Shown here: piece by piece, positions 36,277 to 48,395 of the stretch
How positions within the stretch are numbered: position 1 is the stretch's first letter
Layout of the letters: every line of letters begins with the position of its first letter
NCBI GenBank assembly: GCA_963739455.1
Contig: CAVUAK010000003.1
Coordinates: forward strand, 64,001-128,000
Direction of reading: 5' to 3'
From: an uncultured Gemmatimonadales bacterium
GTDB taxonomy: Bacteria; Gemmatimonadota; Gemmatimonadetes; Gemmatimonadales; GWC2-71-9
DNA length: 64,000 bases
Notes under the pieces: model-generated
What the model was told of the DNA's origin: nothing
Seen by the model: the letters and a program-made list of their open reading frames with translations, nothing else
The model's database searches: none
Program-made: the position numbers and the translations under genes

Positions 36277-38064
36277 ATGGCTGAACTCTCCGAGGACCAG
36301 GGCACCGCGGCCTACGACTCCGCCTTGCTGCGGCGATTGGTGCGGTACCTCCGCCCCTATCGCTGGCAGGCGACGCTGGCACTGCTGTGTCTCATGGCAT
36401 CGGCCGGCCTGGCGCTGGTCAACCCGCTGCTGACCCAGCGCGCCCTCGACGTCGCCGTGCCCCAGCGCGACTTCGGCATGCTGCGCACCCTGGCGCTCAT
36501 TGCGCTCGGTGCCCTCATCCTCGAGTTCGTGCTCGAGTATGTGCAGTCCCTGGTCACCACGTACATCGGCCAGCGCGTCATGCGCGACCTTCGCCTTGAG
36601 ATCTTCGAGCACCTCCAGCGGCTCAGCATCCCGTATTTCGACCGCAATCCGGTGGGACGGCTGATGACGCGCGTCACCTCCGACGTCGAGACGCTGAACG
36701 AGCTCTTTTCATCGGGCGTCGTCACCGTTTTCGGCGACCTCTTCACGCTCGCCGCCATCATGGCGCTGATGCTGTACGCCGACTGGCGCCTCGCCCTGGT
36801 CGCGTTCTCGGTAATTCCGTTCGTCTACTTGCTCGCCCGGGTATTCCGCCGCCGCGTGCGCGACGCGTTCCGGGACATACGCCTCCTCCTCGCGCGGCTC
36901 AACAGCTATCTCCAGGAGCACCTGTCCGGCATGCGCGTGGTGCAACTCTTCGCTCGCGAGCCGGCCTCGGCGCGCGAGTTCGGTCACATCAACGAGGAGC
37001 ACCTGCAGGCGCACCTCCGCTCGGTGACCATCTACGCGCTGTTCTTTCCCGCCATCGAGATCCTCACGGCGGTCGCGCTGGCGCTGGTGCTCTGGTACGG
37101 CGGCCTCCGGACCCTGGGCGGCACCCTCACCATCGGCGTCCTGGCCGCATTCATCCAGCTCACCCGGCGTTTCTTCCAGCCGCTGCAGGACCTCTCCGAG
37201 AAGTTCAACCTCCTGCAGGCCGCCATGGCGTCGTCGGAGCGGATCTTCCGTCTCCTGAATGAGCCGGTCACGATTGGGGAGACCACCGCTCCACGCGCGC
37301 TGCCAACGCCGGTCCGTGGCGAGGTGCACTTCGAGTCGGTCTGGTTCCGCTACAACGACAACGGGCCCTGGGTGCTCTCCGATGTCTCGTTCGTGGCTCG
37401 GCCAGGGGAGACGGTGGCACTCGTGGGGCACACCGGGGCGGGGAAGACCACCATCATCAGCCTGCTGCTTCGATTCTACGAGCCGACCCGCGGGCGGATC
37501 ACGGTGGATGGCGTGGACATTCGCGAACTCTCATTCGGCGAGCTGCGTGGCCTCGTGGGCTACGTCCAGCAGGATCTCTTCCTGTTCACGGGGGACATCC
37601 TGCACAACCTGGCGCTTGACGCGCCGCGCACGGAAGCCGAGATCCGCCTCGCCGCCGAGCGGGTCGGAGCCGATCGCTTTGTGCGGCGCCTGCCCGATGG
37701 CTACCGCCACGTGCTTGGGGAGCGGGGCCGTTCGCTCAGCGTCGGCGAGCGGCAACTGCTGAGCTTTGCCCGGGCCCTGGCCCTCGATCCGCGTATCCTG
37801 ATCCTGGACGAGGCGACCAGTTCTGTGGACGCCGAGGCGGAGGCGCAGATCCAGCAGGCCGTCGCCCAGTTGATGTCAGGGCGCACCAGTCTGGTCGTGG
37901 CCCATCGCTTGAGCACCATCCTGCACGCCGACCAGATCCTGGTCCTGCACCATGGGGAAATCCGGGAGCGCGGCACGCACCGTGCCCTGCTGGAAGCGGA
38001 TGGGCTCTATGCACGGTTGCACCGGTTGCAGTTCGGCACGGAAACGGTCCGGCGCACGGCATGA
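36277..38064 (+). CDS. ABC exporter (TMD+NBD)
   Basis: GHTGAGKTT, LSVGERQ, LDEATS. Confidence 0.92.
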   Translation: MAELSEDQGTAAYDSALLRRLVRYLRPYRWQATLALLCLMASAGLALVNPLLTQRALDVAVPQRDFGMLRTLALIALGALILEFVLEYVQSLVTTYIGQRVMRDLRLEIFEHLQRLSIPYFDRNPVGRLMTRVTSDVETLNELFSSGVVTVFGDLFTLAAIMALMLYADWRLALVAFSVIPFVYLLARVFRRRVRDAFRDIRLLLARLNSYLQEHLSGMRVVQLFAREPASAREFGHINEEHLQAHLRSVTIYALFFPAIEILTAVALALVLWYGGLRTLGGTLTIGVLAAFIQLTRRFFQPLQDLSEKFNLLQAAMASSERIFRLLNEPVTIGETTAPRALPTPVRGEVHFESVWFRYNDNGPWVLSDVSFVARPGETVALVGHTGAGKTTIISLLLRFYEPTRGRITVDGVDIRELSFGELRGLVGYVQQDLFLFTGDILHNLALDAPRTEAEIRLAAERVGADRFVRRLPDGYRHVLGERGRSLSVGERQLLSFARALALDPRILILDEATSSVDAEAEAQIQQAVAQLMSGRTSLVVAHRLSTILHADQILVLHHGEIRERGTHRALLEADGLYARLHRLQFGTETVRRTA

Positions 38065-38161
38065 GCGGTTCCTGGGCACCTGCAGCTAACCCCAACTTGC
38101 TTGCTCGCTTATGGCACGTGGGATACAATTGTCGAACTCACATGACACATCTACACCCGGC

Positions 38162-39575
38162 ATGATCCAGATTGAGGTAGGCGGCCGGCGTCATTCCGTC
38201 TCCGCGGGAGAGTTCGTGCTTGGATCAGATCCCGGCTCGGGGATTCTCCTCGAGGGCCCGGATGTCCTGACACGTCATGCGATTGTGGAGTTGCTCGGCA
38301 CCGGCGAGGCGGCCATTCGGGTTGCGTCGCCGGTCGCTGAAGTGCGCGTAAATGGCGTGCGGCTGGGCGCGGAGCCGACCCCGTTGCTGCATGGCGACAA
38401 GATCACGCTGGCTGGCCACGAGCTGCGGGTCGTCGACGAGGCGCGTTCCGGAAGCACCCAGATGATGGCGGCATTCGCCTTCCCGGAATCGAGCAGCACG
38501 CCGGTGCCCGGTGCGTCCGGTCCCACGGCGGCGGGGCGCCTCGTCAGCCTGACCGACGGACGGGAGTACGCCATCACCGCCGCCGGGGTTGTCTTCGGCC
38601 GCGATGCCGGCTGCGAAGTTGTCATCGTGAGCACCGAGGTCTCGCGGCGGCATGCCGAGATCCGTCCCGGCCCCAACGGCTACGTCATCACCGATTCGAG
38701 CGCCAACGGCACGATCGTCAACGGCCAGCGTATTCCCGGCTCGCGGGTCCTGGCGCGCGGTGACGTGATCCGCATCGGCGGCGAGGAGTTCCGCTTCTAT
38801 GCCCAGCCGGTGGCCGGCATCGCGGCGCCCATCCTGAGCGGGCCCGCGCTCGGCGCGTCGCAGCGCTTGAACGACACGTTTCATGGGGTGCCCACCACGC
38901 CGGCCGCGCTCCCGTCGGTGCCGGCCCTCACCGATACGCTCCACGGCATCCCGCCGTTCCCGACGCCGATACCGCCCCCAGCCACGCCGACGCCGGCGCC
39001 GGCCGCCGTGGTGATGGCACCGCTCGCCTCGCTGCTCATCCGTGGTGGTGCGCTCAAGGGGAAGCGTCTGCCGGTGCGTGCCCCGGTGGTGAACATCGGC
39101 CGCGCCGACTACAACGACATCGTCCTCCCCGAGGCCAGCGTCAGCACCGCGCATGCGAAGCTGCAGCGCCGCGAGGGAGTGTGGGTCATTTCCGATCTCG
39201 ATTCCACCAACGGCACCACCGTCGACGGCGAACCGGTGAAGGGTGAGTTTCCCCTCTCGCCGGGCGCCACGATCCGCTTCGGCGAGGTCGCGGTGCTGTT
39301 CGAGCCCATGGATGCGTCCGCCGACGCACACGCCTCGGGTACCCGGGTCATGCCGCGCATCGACGTGCCGACTCCGCCGCCGGCCGTCGCACCCGCACCA
39401 GAGGCGCCCGCGCCGGCGGCCGCCGATGCCACGGCGGCCCGTACGCCCCGACCGGCGGCGAAGCCACGCACGGTCGTCAGCTCCCCACCCAAAAAGTCAT
39501 CGGTCTCGACATGGGCGCTCGCTGCTGTTCGTGATCCTCGCCGCGGTGGCGGCCGCGCTGGTCTTCCTGAGGTAG
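38162..39575 (+). CDS. Triple-FHA domain protein with C-terminal TM (frameshift near 39525)
   Basis: FVLGSD..RHA..NG; FGR..SRRH..NGT; IGR..STAH..NGT; Pro/Ala linkers. Confidence 0.85.
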
Positions 39576-39580
39576 CGTCC

Positions 39581-40376
39581 GTGCGCTTCACCTGTGCGGC
39601 CCGCACCGACGTCGGCATCGTCCGCTCCGGCAATGAGGACAACTACCTCATGCTGTCCGATCGCGGCCTGTTCATCGTCGCCGACGGCATGGGCGGCCAT
39701 GCCGCCGGCGAGGTGGCGAGTGAAATGGCGGTGCGCCTCATCGCCCGCGAAGTCGGGAGCCTCAAGGGACTCGACAACGGCGGCGCCTCGAACCGGCTGT
39801 CCCAGGCCATCCGCACCGCGAATGACGCCATCTTTTCCCGCACCCTGGCCGAGCATGACAAGCGCGGCATGGGCACCACCGCCACCGTCATGGTGCTGCT
39901 GCCCGGTCGCTACCTCATCGGTCAGGTGGGCGACAGCCGCGCGTACCTGCTGCGCAACGGCGCCCTGCTCCAGCTGACGAAGGATCACAGCTACGTGCAG
40001 GAACAGGTGGACGCCGGGCCTGCTCACGCCGGAGCAGGCCCGCGTCCACCCGTACGCCAACGTCATTACCCGGTGTGTGGGTGCCAGCGTCGACGTGGTG
40101 CCCGACATCTACTTCGGCCACCTGCAGCCCGGCGACGTGGTGCTGCTCGCGTCCGATGGCCTCACCGGCATGCTGGAAGACGAGCAGCTCGAGCGCATCC
40201 TCCGGGTGGAGGGCGGGCCCGAGCGCTGGGTCGACCGGATGATCACCGAGGCCAATCGCCGCGGCGGCCTCGACAACATCACCGCCATTGCCGTCAAGAT
40301 CGAGACGGTGGACGGCCCCACCGGCGAGTATCACGTCAGCAGCAGCAGCGGCGACGGGATGGCCCGCCAGGCCTAG
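39581..40376 (+). CDS. PP2C/Stp1 Ser/Thr phosphatase (frameshift near 40020)
   Basis: RSGNED, VADGMGGH, GMGTT, VGDSR, ASDGLT, GGLDNIT. Confidence 0.9.
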
Positions 40377-40381
40377 CAGCG

Positions 40382-40955
40382 TCAGGGAGGCCCGGCCTCC
40401 CGGGCCGCCCGGTCGTCCTCCCGGCGGCGGCATCAGTTCCTTCTGTTCTTCCTCCAGCGCCTTCCGCCGTTCCTTCTCGTCCTTCTCGTACTTCTTCCAC
40501 TGGTCCTTCGGCAGGAACTTCTTCACCTGCTCGTCGAAGGCCTTGAGCTGCGTGTCCAGCGTCTTGCCCGTCTCGTTGAGCGTCGCGAACAGCGGCGGCA
40601 GCGCCTCGCGCCGGCCATGATCGATCGCGGCGCGGATGTTCAGTTGCGCCAGCTGCGCGCTGTCGCGAGTCGCCTTCGTTTCCTTCCGGTAGCCATCGTA
40701 GTGCATGCTATACTGCGCCTGCTGCTCCGTCGTGGCACCGGTCACCTTGGCGAAGTCCGCCGGGGTGGGCGGACCCTCGAGGGCCAGCAGGTCGAACTGG
40801 GGACCCCTGCGGCCTCCCGGCGGTCCGCCTCCGGGAGGTCCGCCCGAGGGTGAGCCGCCGGGACCATTCCCGGGGCCCTGGGCTGTGGCGGGCGTTGTGG
40901 CGAGGATGATGAGGAGGGAAGCGATGGCCAGCGTGATTTTCTGCGACACGGACAT
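40382..40955 (-). CDS. Secreted Spy/CpxP-like helical protein (frameshifted)
   Basis: Signal peptide, Gly/Pro-rich segment, ...FLPKDQWKKY. Confidence 0.5.
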
Positions 40956-41138
40956 CGTGCATCCTGTGATTCGGTTGTTGATAGGTACGCCCCACATCGC
41001 CGGGGCGTTGGGCGCTGGCGGCCGGCCCCGGGAAGGCCAACGGTTTGGCCCCGGGCGGCGTAGGTAGCGGTAATGCCAGCCCCCATCGCATGTCCGCAGC
41101 GCGCGCACTGACCGCCGGTCCCGGCTTTCCCGTGACCA

Positions 41139-41712
41139 GTGCCGGTCGCCCCCTCCGCCAGCGAGTCATCGCTCGTGCGGCGCGCCCAGGCCGGCGACCT
41201 CTCGGCGTTCGACGAGCTCGTGCGCGCGCCACATCGGTCGCGCGCTGCGCATCGCGCGCCGCCTGGTGCCGACGCACGAGGACGCCGAGGATGTGGTGCA
41301 GGATGCCTTCCTCTCGGCCATGCGGGCCATCAACTCCTTCGACATCACCCGTCCGTTCGGCCCCTGGCTCACCCGCATCGTGGTGAACCAGGGCATCACC
41401 TTCCGCCGCGCCCGTGCGCGGCGGCAGGACGAGTCCATTTCCACCGAGCTGCCGTCCGCGGGTCCGTCGCCGGCCCAGGTGACGGAGCGCAACGAAATCA
41501 CCGATCGATTCCGCGCGGCACTCGAGCTCCTGCCCGAGCAGCAGCGCCTCATGGTCCAGCTGTTCGAGGTGGACGGGCTGTCGAGCCCGGAGATCGCCAG
41601 GCTCACCGGACTGAGTGACGGCACGGTGCGCTGGCACATCCATGCGGCGCGCAAGGTGTTGCGGAGGGCGCTCGCGCCCCTGATGCACGACGGAGACAAC
41701 GATGACGATTGA
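41139..41712 (+). CDS. ECF sigma factor (5' frameshift)
   Basis: DAEDVVQDAF, FGPWLTRI, EIARLTGLSDGTVRWHI. Confidence 0.85.
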
Positions 41713-42103
41713 CGACGAGGGACTGGAGCGCGACCCGCGAGCTCGGCGCGTGGCTCGCCCGGGTCGAGGCACCTGCCGAGGCCGATGTGGAACGGCTGGC
41801 GCGGCGCGTGTCGGCGGTGGTCCGCGCGGCAGTGGCCGCGAGCCCATGCCGCGCACCTGGCGTACCGAGGCCGCCGCCTGGTCTCGCATGCTGGTGCCGC
41901 TGGCGGCGGCGGCCGGGATCGCCGCCGCGATCGTGGTCAACCGCATTGGCGTTCCGGTGTCATCGGTCGCCACCGTGACGCAGGACAGCACCCAACTGCT
42001 CGACGTGCTGCGGCGTACTGATGGCGAGAGCTATCTCGTCACCGTGGCGGTGACCAACTATCGGGATGACTGGGCCAGCAGCCTGGTTGGGAGTGCACAA
42101 TGA
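41702..42103 (+). CDS. Putative anti-sigma membrane protein (frameshifted)
   Basis: Overlaps the sigma gene stop; single TM (LVPLAAAAGIAAAIVV). Confidence 0.55.
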   Translation: MTIDDEGLERDPRARRVARPGRGTCRGRCGTAGAARVGGGPRGSGREPMPRTWRTEAAAWSRMLVPLAAAAGIAAAIVVNRIGVPVSSVATVTQDSTQLLDVLRRTDGESYLVTVAVTNYRDDWASSLVGSAQ

Positions 42104-42630
42104 CGGACGACTTTTCATTGAAGGCAGGGGCGCCCGTGCAGGCCGCGAAGCGACAGGCGGTGCTGGTGCTGAGCCTCGTGCTGCTGGCAGGATTCCTGAT
42201 CGGCATGGCGGCCGATCGTCTCTGGCTCACGCGGCACTGGGGTGGCAGGCCACCACGCGATTTCGCGGAGGGACGCGGCGGGCCAGGTGGCCCCCGTGGG
42301 CCCGGTGGCCCGGGAATGATGCGTGGAGGCTTCCCCGGCGAGATGTCACCCGAGCGCGCTGCTGAGCGGCGGCGCGGCATGGTGCAGCGCCTCACCCGCG
42401 AACTCGACCTGACCGCGACGCAGCAGCAGGCTATCGACTCGATCATGGCGGGCAACGAGGCGGAGTTCGCCGCCATGGAGAAGGAAATGCGCCCGCGCAT
42501 GAAGGCGTTCTTCGAGCGCAGCCGCGGCCAGATCGACTCCGTGCTCACGCCGGCCCAGCGCGAGAAGTTCCACCGCTTCGGCCCGCCTGATGGTCCGCCC
42601 GGGCCGCCACCACCTGAACCGGGTCGCTGA
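42100..42630 (+). CDS. Spy/CpxP-like periplasmic protein
   Basis: TM, LDLTATQQ and VLTPAQREKF LTxxQ motifs. Confidence 0.75.
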   Translation: MTDDFSLKAGAPVQAAKRQAVLVLSLVLLAGFLIGMAADRLWLTRHWGGRPPRDFAEGRGGPGGPRGPGGPGMMRGGFPGEMSPERAAERRRGMVQRLTRELDLTATQQQAIDSIMAGNEAEFAAMEKEMRPRMKAFFERSRGQIDSVLTPAQREKFHRFGPPDGPPGPPPPEPGR

Positions 42631-42767
42631 GCCGACTTCACATCCAGGCAGAGACACAGGCCGCGCGCTGCGCGGCCTGACCCGCCGTACGGGCCTACCC
42701 GCCTTGGTCGCTTGTGCCCCGTTTCGCATCGGTCCATACTGACTCCATACCTCCAACAGGGATGGCT

Positions 42768-43367
42768 ATGCGGACCGCGACGCTCGTGCTGATCGGGTCA
42801 CTGCTGCTCGGCGGCCAGGTATCGGCGCAAATGAAGCCGGTGCAGACCCACCAGGGGTTGTGGGGTGGTTTCGGTGCCGGCGCCGGCCTCAACCTCACGG
42901 ACCTGGACAACGCCGGCAGCCTCTGGGGCTTCGCTGGTTACGGCCGGATCGGCGGAACGCTCAACCAGCGCGTGATGCTCGCCGGTGAGTCCGCCATCTG
43001 GGTCGGGTCGCGCGACGGCGTGAGCCACACGAGCGGCAATCTCTCCGCGATCATCATGTTCTATCCCAGCCCGAAGGGCGGCCTCTTCCTCCGCGGCGGA
43101 ATCGGGATCGCGTACGTCATGACCTCCATCGACCAGTCCGCCACGGTGGGCGGCATCTACTACCAGACGAGCGTGTCGCAGACCAAGGGTGGGTTCGGTG
43201 CCACCGCGAGCGTGGGCTACGATGTTCGCCTAGGGCGGAACATCTACCTCGTGCCTGAGGTGGGGTACTACCTGCAGGCCGTCGGTTCGCAGACCAGTAC
43301 GACCTTCGGCACCACCCCCGGCACCAACAACCTCCTCACATTCAGCCTCGGCCTCGTCTGGCACTGA
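42768..43367 (+). CDS. Outer-membrane beta-barrel protein, paralog A
   Basis: Signal peptide, Gly-rich alternating strands, C-terminal LGLVWH. Confidence 0.75.
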   Translation: MRTATLVLIGSLLLGGQVSAQMKPVQTHQGLWGGFGAGAGLNLTDLDNAGSLWGFAGYGRIGGTLNQRVMLAGESAIWVGSRDGVSHTSGNLSAIIMFYPSPKGGLFLRGGIGIAYVMTSIDQSATVGGIYYQTSVSQTKGGFGATASVGYDVRLGRNIYLVPEVGYYLQAVGSQTSTTFGTTPGTNNLLTFSLGLVWH

Positions 43368-43390
43368 CGCGGCTCCCAGCGGAGAATTCA

Positions 43391-43972
43391 ATGCGGCTTC
43401 CCACGATGGTCCTCCTTGGCGCATTCACTTTTTGCACTTCCGTCGCTGCGCAGGAAAAGCCGGCGCAGGTGCACCAGGGGCTGTGGGGCGGCTTCGGGCT
43501 TGGCGGCGGCGTGAATGTCAGTGAGGGAGATCGGTGGGGAGTCGACGTCTACGGAAGGATTGGCGGCACGCTGAGCCAGCGCGTGCTGCTGGGCGGCGAG
43601 TCGTCGGGATGGGCCGGGTCGCACCAGGGTGTCGACATGGCCCGCGGCAACCTCACCGCGATCATCCTCTACTACCCGAGCCTTCGCGGCGGGCTCTTCC
43701 TGCGCGGTGGGCTCGGCTTCTCATACATCCAGACCTCGATCAGTGACGGCACCACCGTCAACGGCGTCTTCTACCAGACCACGGTGTCGCAGACGAGTGG
43801 CGGGTTTGGCGCGACTGCCAGCGTCGGCTACGACGTCAGGCTGGGACGCAACATCTTCCTCGTTCCCGAGTTCGGCTGGGCACTGCAGTCGGTGGGGAGC
43901 GAGAGCACCTTCTTCGGTGTTCCCAGCACCGTCAACATCCTCTCGTTCACGCTCGGCCTGGTCTGGCACTGA
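43391..43972 (+). CDS. Outer-membrane beta-barrel protein, paralog B
   Basis: Shares HQGLWGGFG, GRIGGTL, GGFGATASVGYDVRLGRNI, LGLVWH with paralog A. Confidence 0.75.
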   Translation: MRLPTMVLLGAFTFCTSVAAQEKPAQVHQGLWGGFGLGGGVNVSEGDRWGVDVYGRIGGTLSQRVLLGGESSGWAGSHQGVDMARGNLTAIILYYPSLRGGLFLRGGLGFSYIQTSISDGTTVNGVFYQTTVSQTSGGFGATASVGYDVRLGRNIFLVPEFGWALQSVGSESTFFGVPSTVNILSFTLGLVWH

Positions 43973-43994
43973 CCAAGCGCCATCGCGGCGACGC

Positions 43995-45400
43995 TCAGAG
44001 CAGCGTGCCGCGCAGCACCACCACCGCCACGCTGAAGTAGATCACCAGCCCGGTCACGTCCACCAGCGTCGCCACGAACGGCGCCGATGCACTCGCCGGG
44101 TCGAACCCGAGCCGCTTGAGCGCGAAGGGCAGCATCGATCCGGCCAGCGAGCCGAAGGTCACCACGCCCACCAGGGCGAATCCCACCGTCAGCGCCACCA
44201 GGTGCCAGTGCGGACCGTAGTCGTAGAGGTGGAGGTACTGCCACAGCGTAATGCGCACGATGCCGATCACGCCGAGGATCGCGCCGAGCACCAGGCCGGA
44301 AGGAAGTTCGCGCACCGCCACCCGCCACCAGTCCTTGACCGCGATCTCCCGGATCGCCAGCGCGCGGATGATGAGTGAGGTGGCCTGGCTGCCGGAGTTG
44401 CCGCCCGAGCTCATGATCAGCGGAATGAACAGCGTCAGCACCACCGCCCGCGCCAGCTCTCCCTCGAAGTGCTGCATCGCCGTGGCGGTGAGCATCTCGC
44501 TCAGGAAGAGCACGCAGAGCCAGCCGGCGCGCTTCCGGATCATCCCGCCGAAGCTCATCTCGGTGTACGGCTCGTCGAACGCCGCCACGCCGCCGAACTT
44601 CTGGACGTCCTCCGTGCCCTCGCGCACCAGCGCGTCGATGACGTCGTCCACGGTCACGATGCCCAGGATCTTCCGGTCGCGGTCCACCACCGGTGCCGCG
44701 AGCAGGTTGTACTTGCTGATGAGCCGGGCCACATCCTCGCGATCGGTGTGCGGGCGGACGCTCAGCACCGTGCGCGCCGTCCCGACCTTGCCCATCAGCG
44801 GTCCCGGGGTCCGCCAGCACCAGTTCGCGCAGCGACACGACGTGCATCAGGGCCTGCGTGGCCGGATCGGTGACGTAGATCGCGTACACCGTCTCCTTGT
44901 TGCCGCTCACCCGCCGGATGAGCTCCATGGTGCTCGCGGCGGTCGTGTCGGCCGCGACGCTCAGGAACTCCGTCGTCATCATGCCGCCTGCCGTGTCGGG
45001 CTCGTACTGCAGCAGCAGTGTCAGCCCGCGCCGCGTGTGCGGGTTGAGCAGCGGGAGGAGCCGCTCGCGGTCGTCCGGTCGGCAGGTCGCGGAAGAGGTC
45101 GGCCTGCTGGTCGGCCGACATCGCGTCGATGAGCCGGCTTGCCGCCGGCAGGTCGAGCTTGCAGACGATGCCCGCGCGATCGTACTCCAGTTCCGGCTCG
45201 TCGAGCACCCGCACGGCCACATCGAACGGCAGCGCCGCCAGCACCTTGGCCGCGGGTTCGGGTGGCAGTTGTCGCAGCGCGTCGGCGATGTCGGCCGGCG
45301 GCAGGGCACCCGCCACGTCCGCGAATTCGTCGGGATCGGCGGAGAGCAGGTAGAGGAGCTCGGGCGTGGTCTCGGTGGTCGGCGCCGCGGGCAGCGTCAT
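43995..45400 (-). CDS. mgtE: Magnesium transporter (frameshifted)
   Basis: TAGGMMT, CBS pair, SGGNSGSQ, DPASASAPFVATLVD. Confidence 0.92.
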
Positions 45401-45565
45401 GGGGAACTCCTGACGGAAGACGCGGGAAGTATAGGAGGGTAGACTGGCCCCGAACTGCCCCGGATTCCGGGTGGCTGGGGGCCGGGTGTATCTTGTCGGG
45501 TGATCCGGGCACCGGGCAGGGGTGCCTGGCTGTAACTCAATTCAGTGCGGGAGGATAGCAGCTTC

Positions 45566-46343
45566 ATGAACACGACCGCGACGATGGAAACGGCCGGTGA
45601 AGTCACGAACGCATCGCAGCGCGCCGCGGATGCCGGTTCGAAGGCTGTCCCCGAACGCCGCTTCGTCAACAACGCGGACGAGTCGTGCCGCATGTTCAAG
45701 GCGGACTGGATGGAGGCGCTGAGCCATGTGCGGCCATGGGTGCCGCACGTGCTTTACGTCCCGGTCATCGTGGCGACACTGTGGCTGTCGTTCCGTGCGC
45801 TGGCCCCGCTCCAGGTCGGCCGGCTGGTTCGCCGTGGGTCTGCTGGTGTGGACGGTCCTCGAGTACGTCATTCACCGCTGGCTGTTCCATCCGCCGCAGT
45901 GGATCGAGGACGATACCCGGCGCATCTGCAGCACGCTCAAGGTGACCGACCCGGTCATGCCCGCCATGCCGACGTTCCGGCACAAGTTCTACTTCATGGT
46001 GCACGGCGTGCACCACGACTATCCCAACGACTCGACCCGGCTCGTCATGCCGCCGTCGGTGAGCATTCCGCTGGCCATCGTGTTCTGGTACGCATTCCGT
46101 GCCGCCTTCGGTGTCGCGTCGCCCGCGGTGTTCGCCGGGCTCATCGTCGGCTACCTCGCGTACGACACGATCCATCACGGGACGCATCACGCGAGCGCCA
46201 GCTCGCCCCTGGCCCGTATCTGGAAGAAGCGCCACTTCCGTCACCACTACGCCAATTCCGAGCGCGACTTCGGCGTCAGCAACCCGCTCTGGGACGTGGT
46301 GTTCGGTACGATGTCGTCTGGCAAGCCGGGCCGCGACGAGTAG
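45566..46343 (+). CDS. Fatty acid hydroxylase/sterol desaturase (frameshift near 45825)
   Basis: His boxes HRWLFH, HGVHH, HHGTH, HFRHH; RLVMPP. Confidence 0.87.
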
Positions 46344-46364
46344 TCGACCGCCCGCCCCGCGCGA

Positions 46365-46392
46365 GCCGGCCCCTGCATGCGCAGGGGCCGGC
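46365..46392 (+). terminator. GC hairpin
   Basis: GCCGGCCCCTGC-ATGC-GCAGGGGCCGGC; no U-tract. Confidence 0.45.
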
Positions 46393-46537
46393 GTCATCTT
46401 CCGGAAAAGCTCCCGATAGGCGCCGACGTCGCGCCTGTTTCCATTCGCAGGAACATCGCAGGACATCCTCTCGTGCCGACTCAGCCACCGTTGTCGCGCG
46501 CGTGGCCAGGCGGCGCGCCAATCATCCGGGACAACGT

Positions 46538-47630
46538 ATGAGCCTGAATACGTGGGCCATCGCGCGCCTCGCCGCCCTGTGCGCCGGCGCCTCACTGCTC
46601 GTCACGGCCCCGCTCCACGCCGGCGAGAAAACCGACATCCTCTACATGCGGAACGGTGACCGGCTCACCTGCGAGATCAAGACCCTCGAGGGCGGTTCAC
46701 TGCAGGTGAGCCTGGACTACGTGGATGGCACGATCTCGATCGACTGGCTGGAGATCGAGCGCCTCGACAGCAAGCGCCTCTTCATCGTCAAGCTCGAGGA
46801 CGGGTCGGTGTACACCGGCACGCTGGCCGTCGCCGAGGCGGCACCCGGGGTGCCGGCCAAGCTGCCAGATCTCCTCGGGACCCGGCAGCTTCGTCCTGAT
46901 CGACAAGGAGCAGATCGTGCAGATGGGCGAGACGTCGGCAGACTTCTGGAAGCGCTTCGCCGTGGATGTCGCCGCCGGCATCATCTTCGCCAAGGCCAAT
47001 TCGCAGACCCAGTACAACCTGAGCGCCTCGATCACCTATCCGCGCCCGCGCTGGTCGGCCAGCCTGCTGGCGAACTCCTCGCTGTCGACGACGTCAGGGG
47101 CTCCAGCGGCCACCCGCAACCAGCTGGACCTCGGGGCGTACCACCTCCTTCCCTTCCGGAACTGGTTTTACGCCGGGCAGGCTGCCCTGCTGCAGAGCAC
47201 CGAACAGGGCGTTGACCTGCGGTCGAGCATTGGCGGTGGCGTCGGGCGTTACTTCAAGAACACGGAGACCGTCAGCCTCTCGTTTACCGGCGGGCTGGCA
47301 TACCAGAACACCATTTACGCCCCGTCGGCGCAGCCGGAGGGACCGCCCGATGTGCTCACCGCGCTCCTCGCGGGCAACCTGAGCGTCGTCACCTTCAAGA
47401 AGACGAACCTCACCGTCACGGTCACCGCGCTGCCGGCGCTGAGCCAGCCCGGACGGCTCTTCCTCAACACCAACGGCAGCTTCTTTCTCAAGCTCTTCAG
47501 CAACCTCACCTTCAACATCGCGTTCTATGGCAACTGGGATACGCAACCGCCCTCGAACTACTCCGGCAGCGACTACGGCTTCAGCTCCGGGCTGGGATGG
47601 ACCTTCGGCAACCAGTGGACCACGCGGTAG
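46538..47630 (+). CDS. DUF481 outer-membrane protein (frameshift near 46865)
   Basis: KTDILYMRNGDRLTCEIK; C-terminal SSGLGWTF. Confidence 0.78.
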
Positions 47631-47639
47631 GAGAGCTCC

Positions 47640-48395
47640 ATGAGCGCACACTTCGTTGGGTTGCTGGTCTTTGGCAGCCTGTTCGGGGCCGCACTCCTCG
47701 GCATGCGAATCCGGGCCTGGCTCCCCGGGCATCACCTCTCCCCGGAAGCCAAGGACTCCGTCCGCGTTGCCATGGGAACCGTGGCAACCATGGCAGCACT
47801 GGTGCTCGGCCTGCTGGTCGCCTCGACCAAGGGGTCGTATGACGCCGAGCGGAATGAGTCCATCCAGCTGGCTGCGCGGATTATCTACCTCGACCGGGTG
47901 CTGGCGATGTACGGACCCGAAACCAGCGTGGCGCGGGGCGAACTGAAGCAGGCAACCGCCAGCATGCTGGGCCGCATGTGGCCCGACGAGCCGAAGCAGA
48001 AGGTGGTGCTCGAGCCGAGCGAGAAGTGGAGCGACCAGCTGCCGAAGGCGATCTACGGCCTGGCGCCGAAGGATGACGTACAGCGCGACCTCAAGGACCA
48101 GGCCGTCGAGATGGTCGACGACCTGGGGCAGACGCGCTGGCTCCTGTACGAGCAGGCCGAGACGTCGGTGTCGCGGGCGATGCTGCTGGTGGTGATTCTC
48201 TGGCTTGCGATCCTCTTCCTGTCCATCGGGCTGTTCGCGCCGCCCAACGCCACCGTCATCATGGCGTTGATGCTGTCCGCGGTGTCGGTGTCCGGGGCCA
48301 TCTTCCTGATCCTCGAGCTCGACATGCCCTACGGCGGCTTGATCAGCATCTCGAGCCAGCCGATGCGCGTGGCGCTCGCGCACCTGGGTCAGTGA
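47640..48395 (+). CDS. DUF4239/bestrophin-like membrane protein
   Basis: [23 protein letters not shown]. Confidence 0.75.
   Translation: MSAHFVGLLVFGSLFGAALLGMRIRAWLPGHHLSPEAKDSVRVAMGTVATMAALVLGLLVASTKGSYDAERNESIQLAARIIYLDRVLAMYGPETSVARGELKQATASMLGRMWPDEPKQKVVLEPSEKWSDQLPKAIYGLAPKDDVQRDLKDQAVEMVDDLGQTRWLLYEQAETSVSRAMLLVVILWLAILFLSIGLFAPPNATVIMALMLSAVSVSGAIFLILELDMPYGGLISISSQPMRVALAHLGQ

Noticed and set aside
45401..45565. Mg/Mn riboswitch upstream of mgtE
   Set aside because: No recognisable M-box or yybP-ykoY motif by eye; an Rfam scan would be needed
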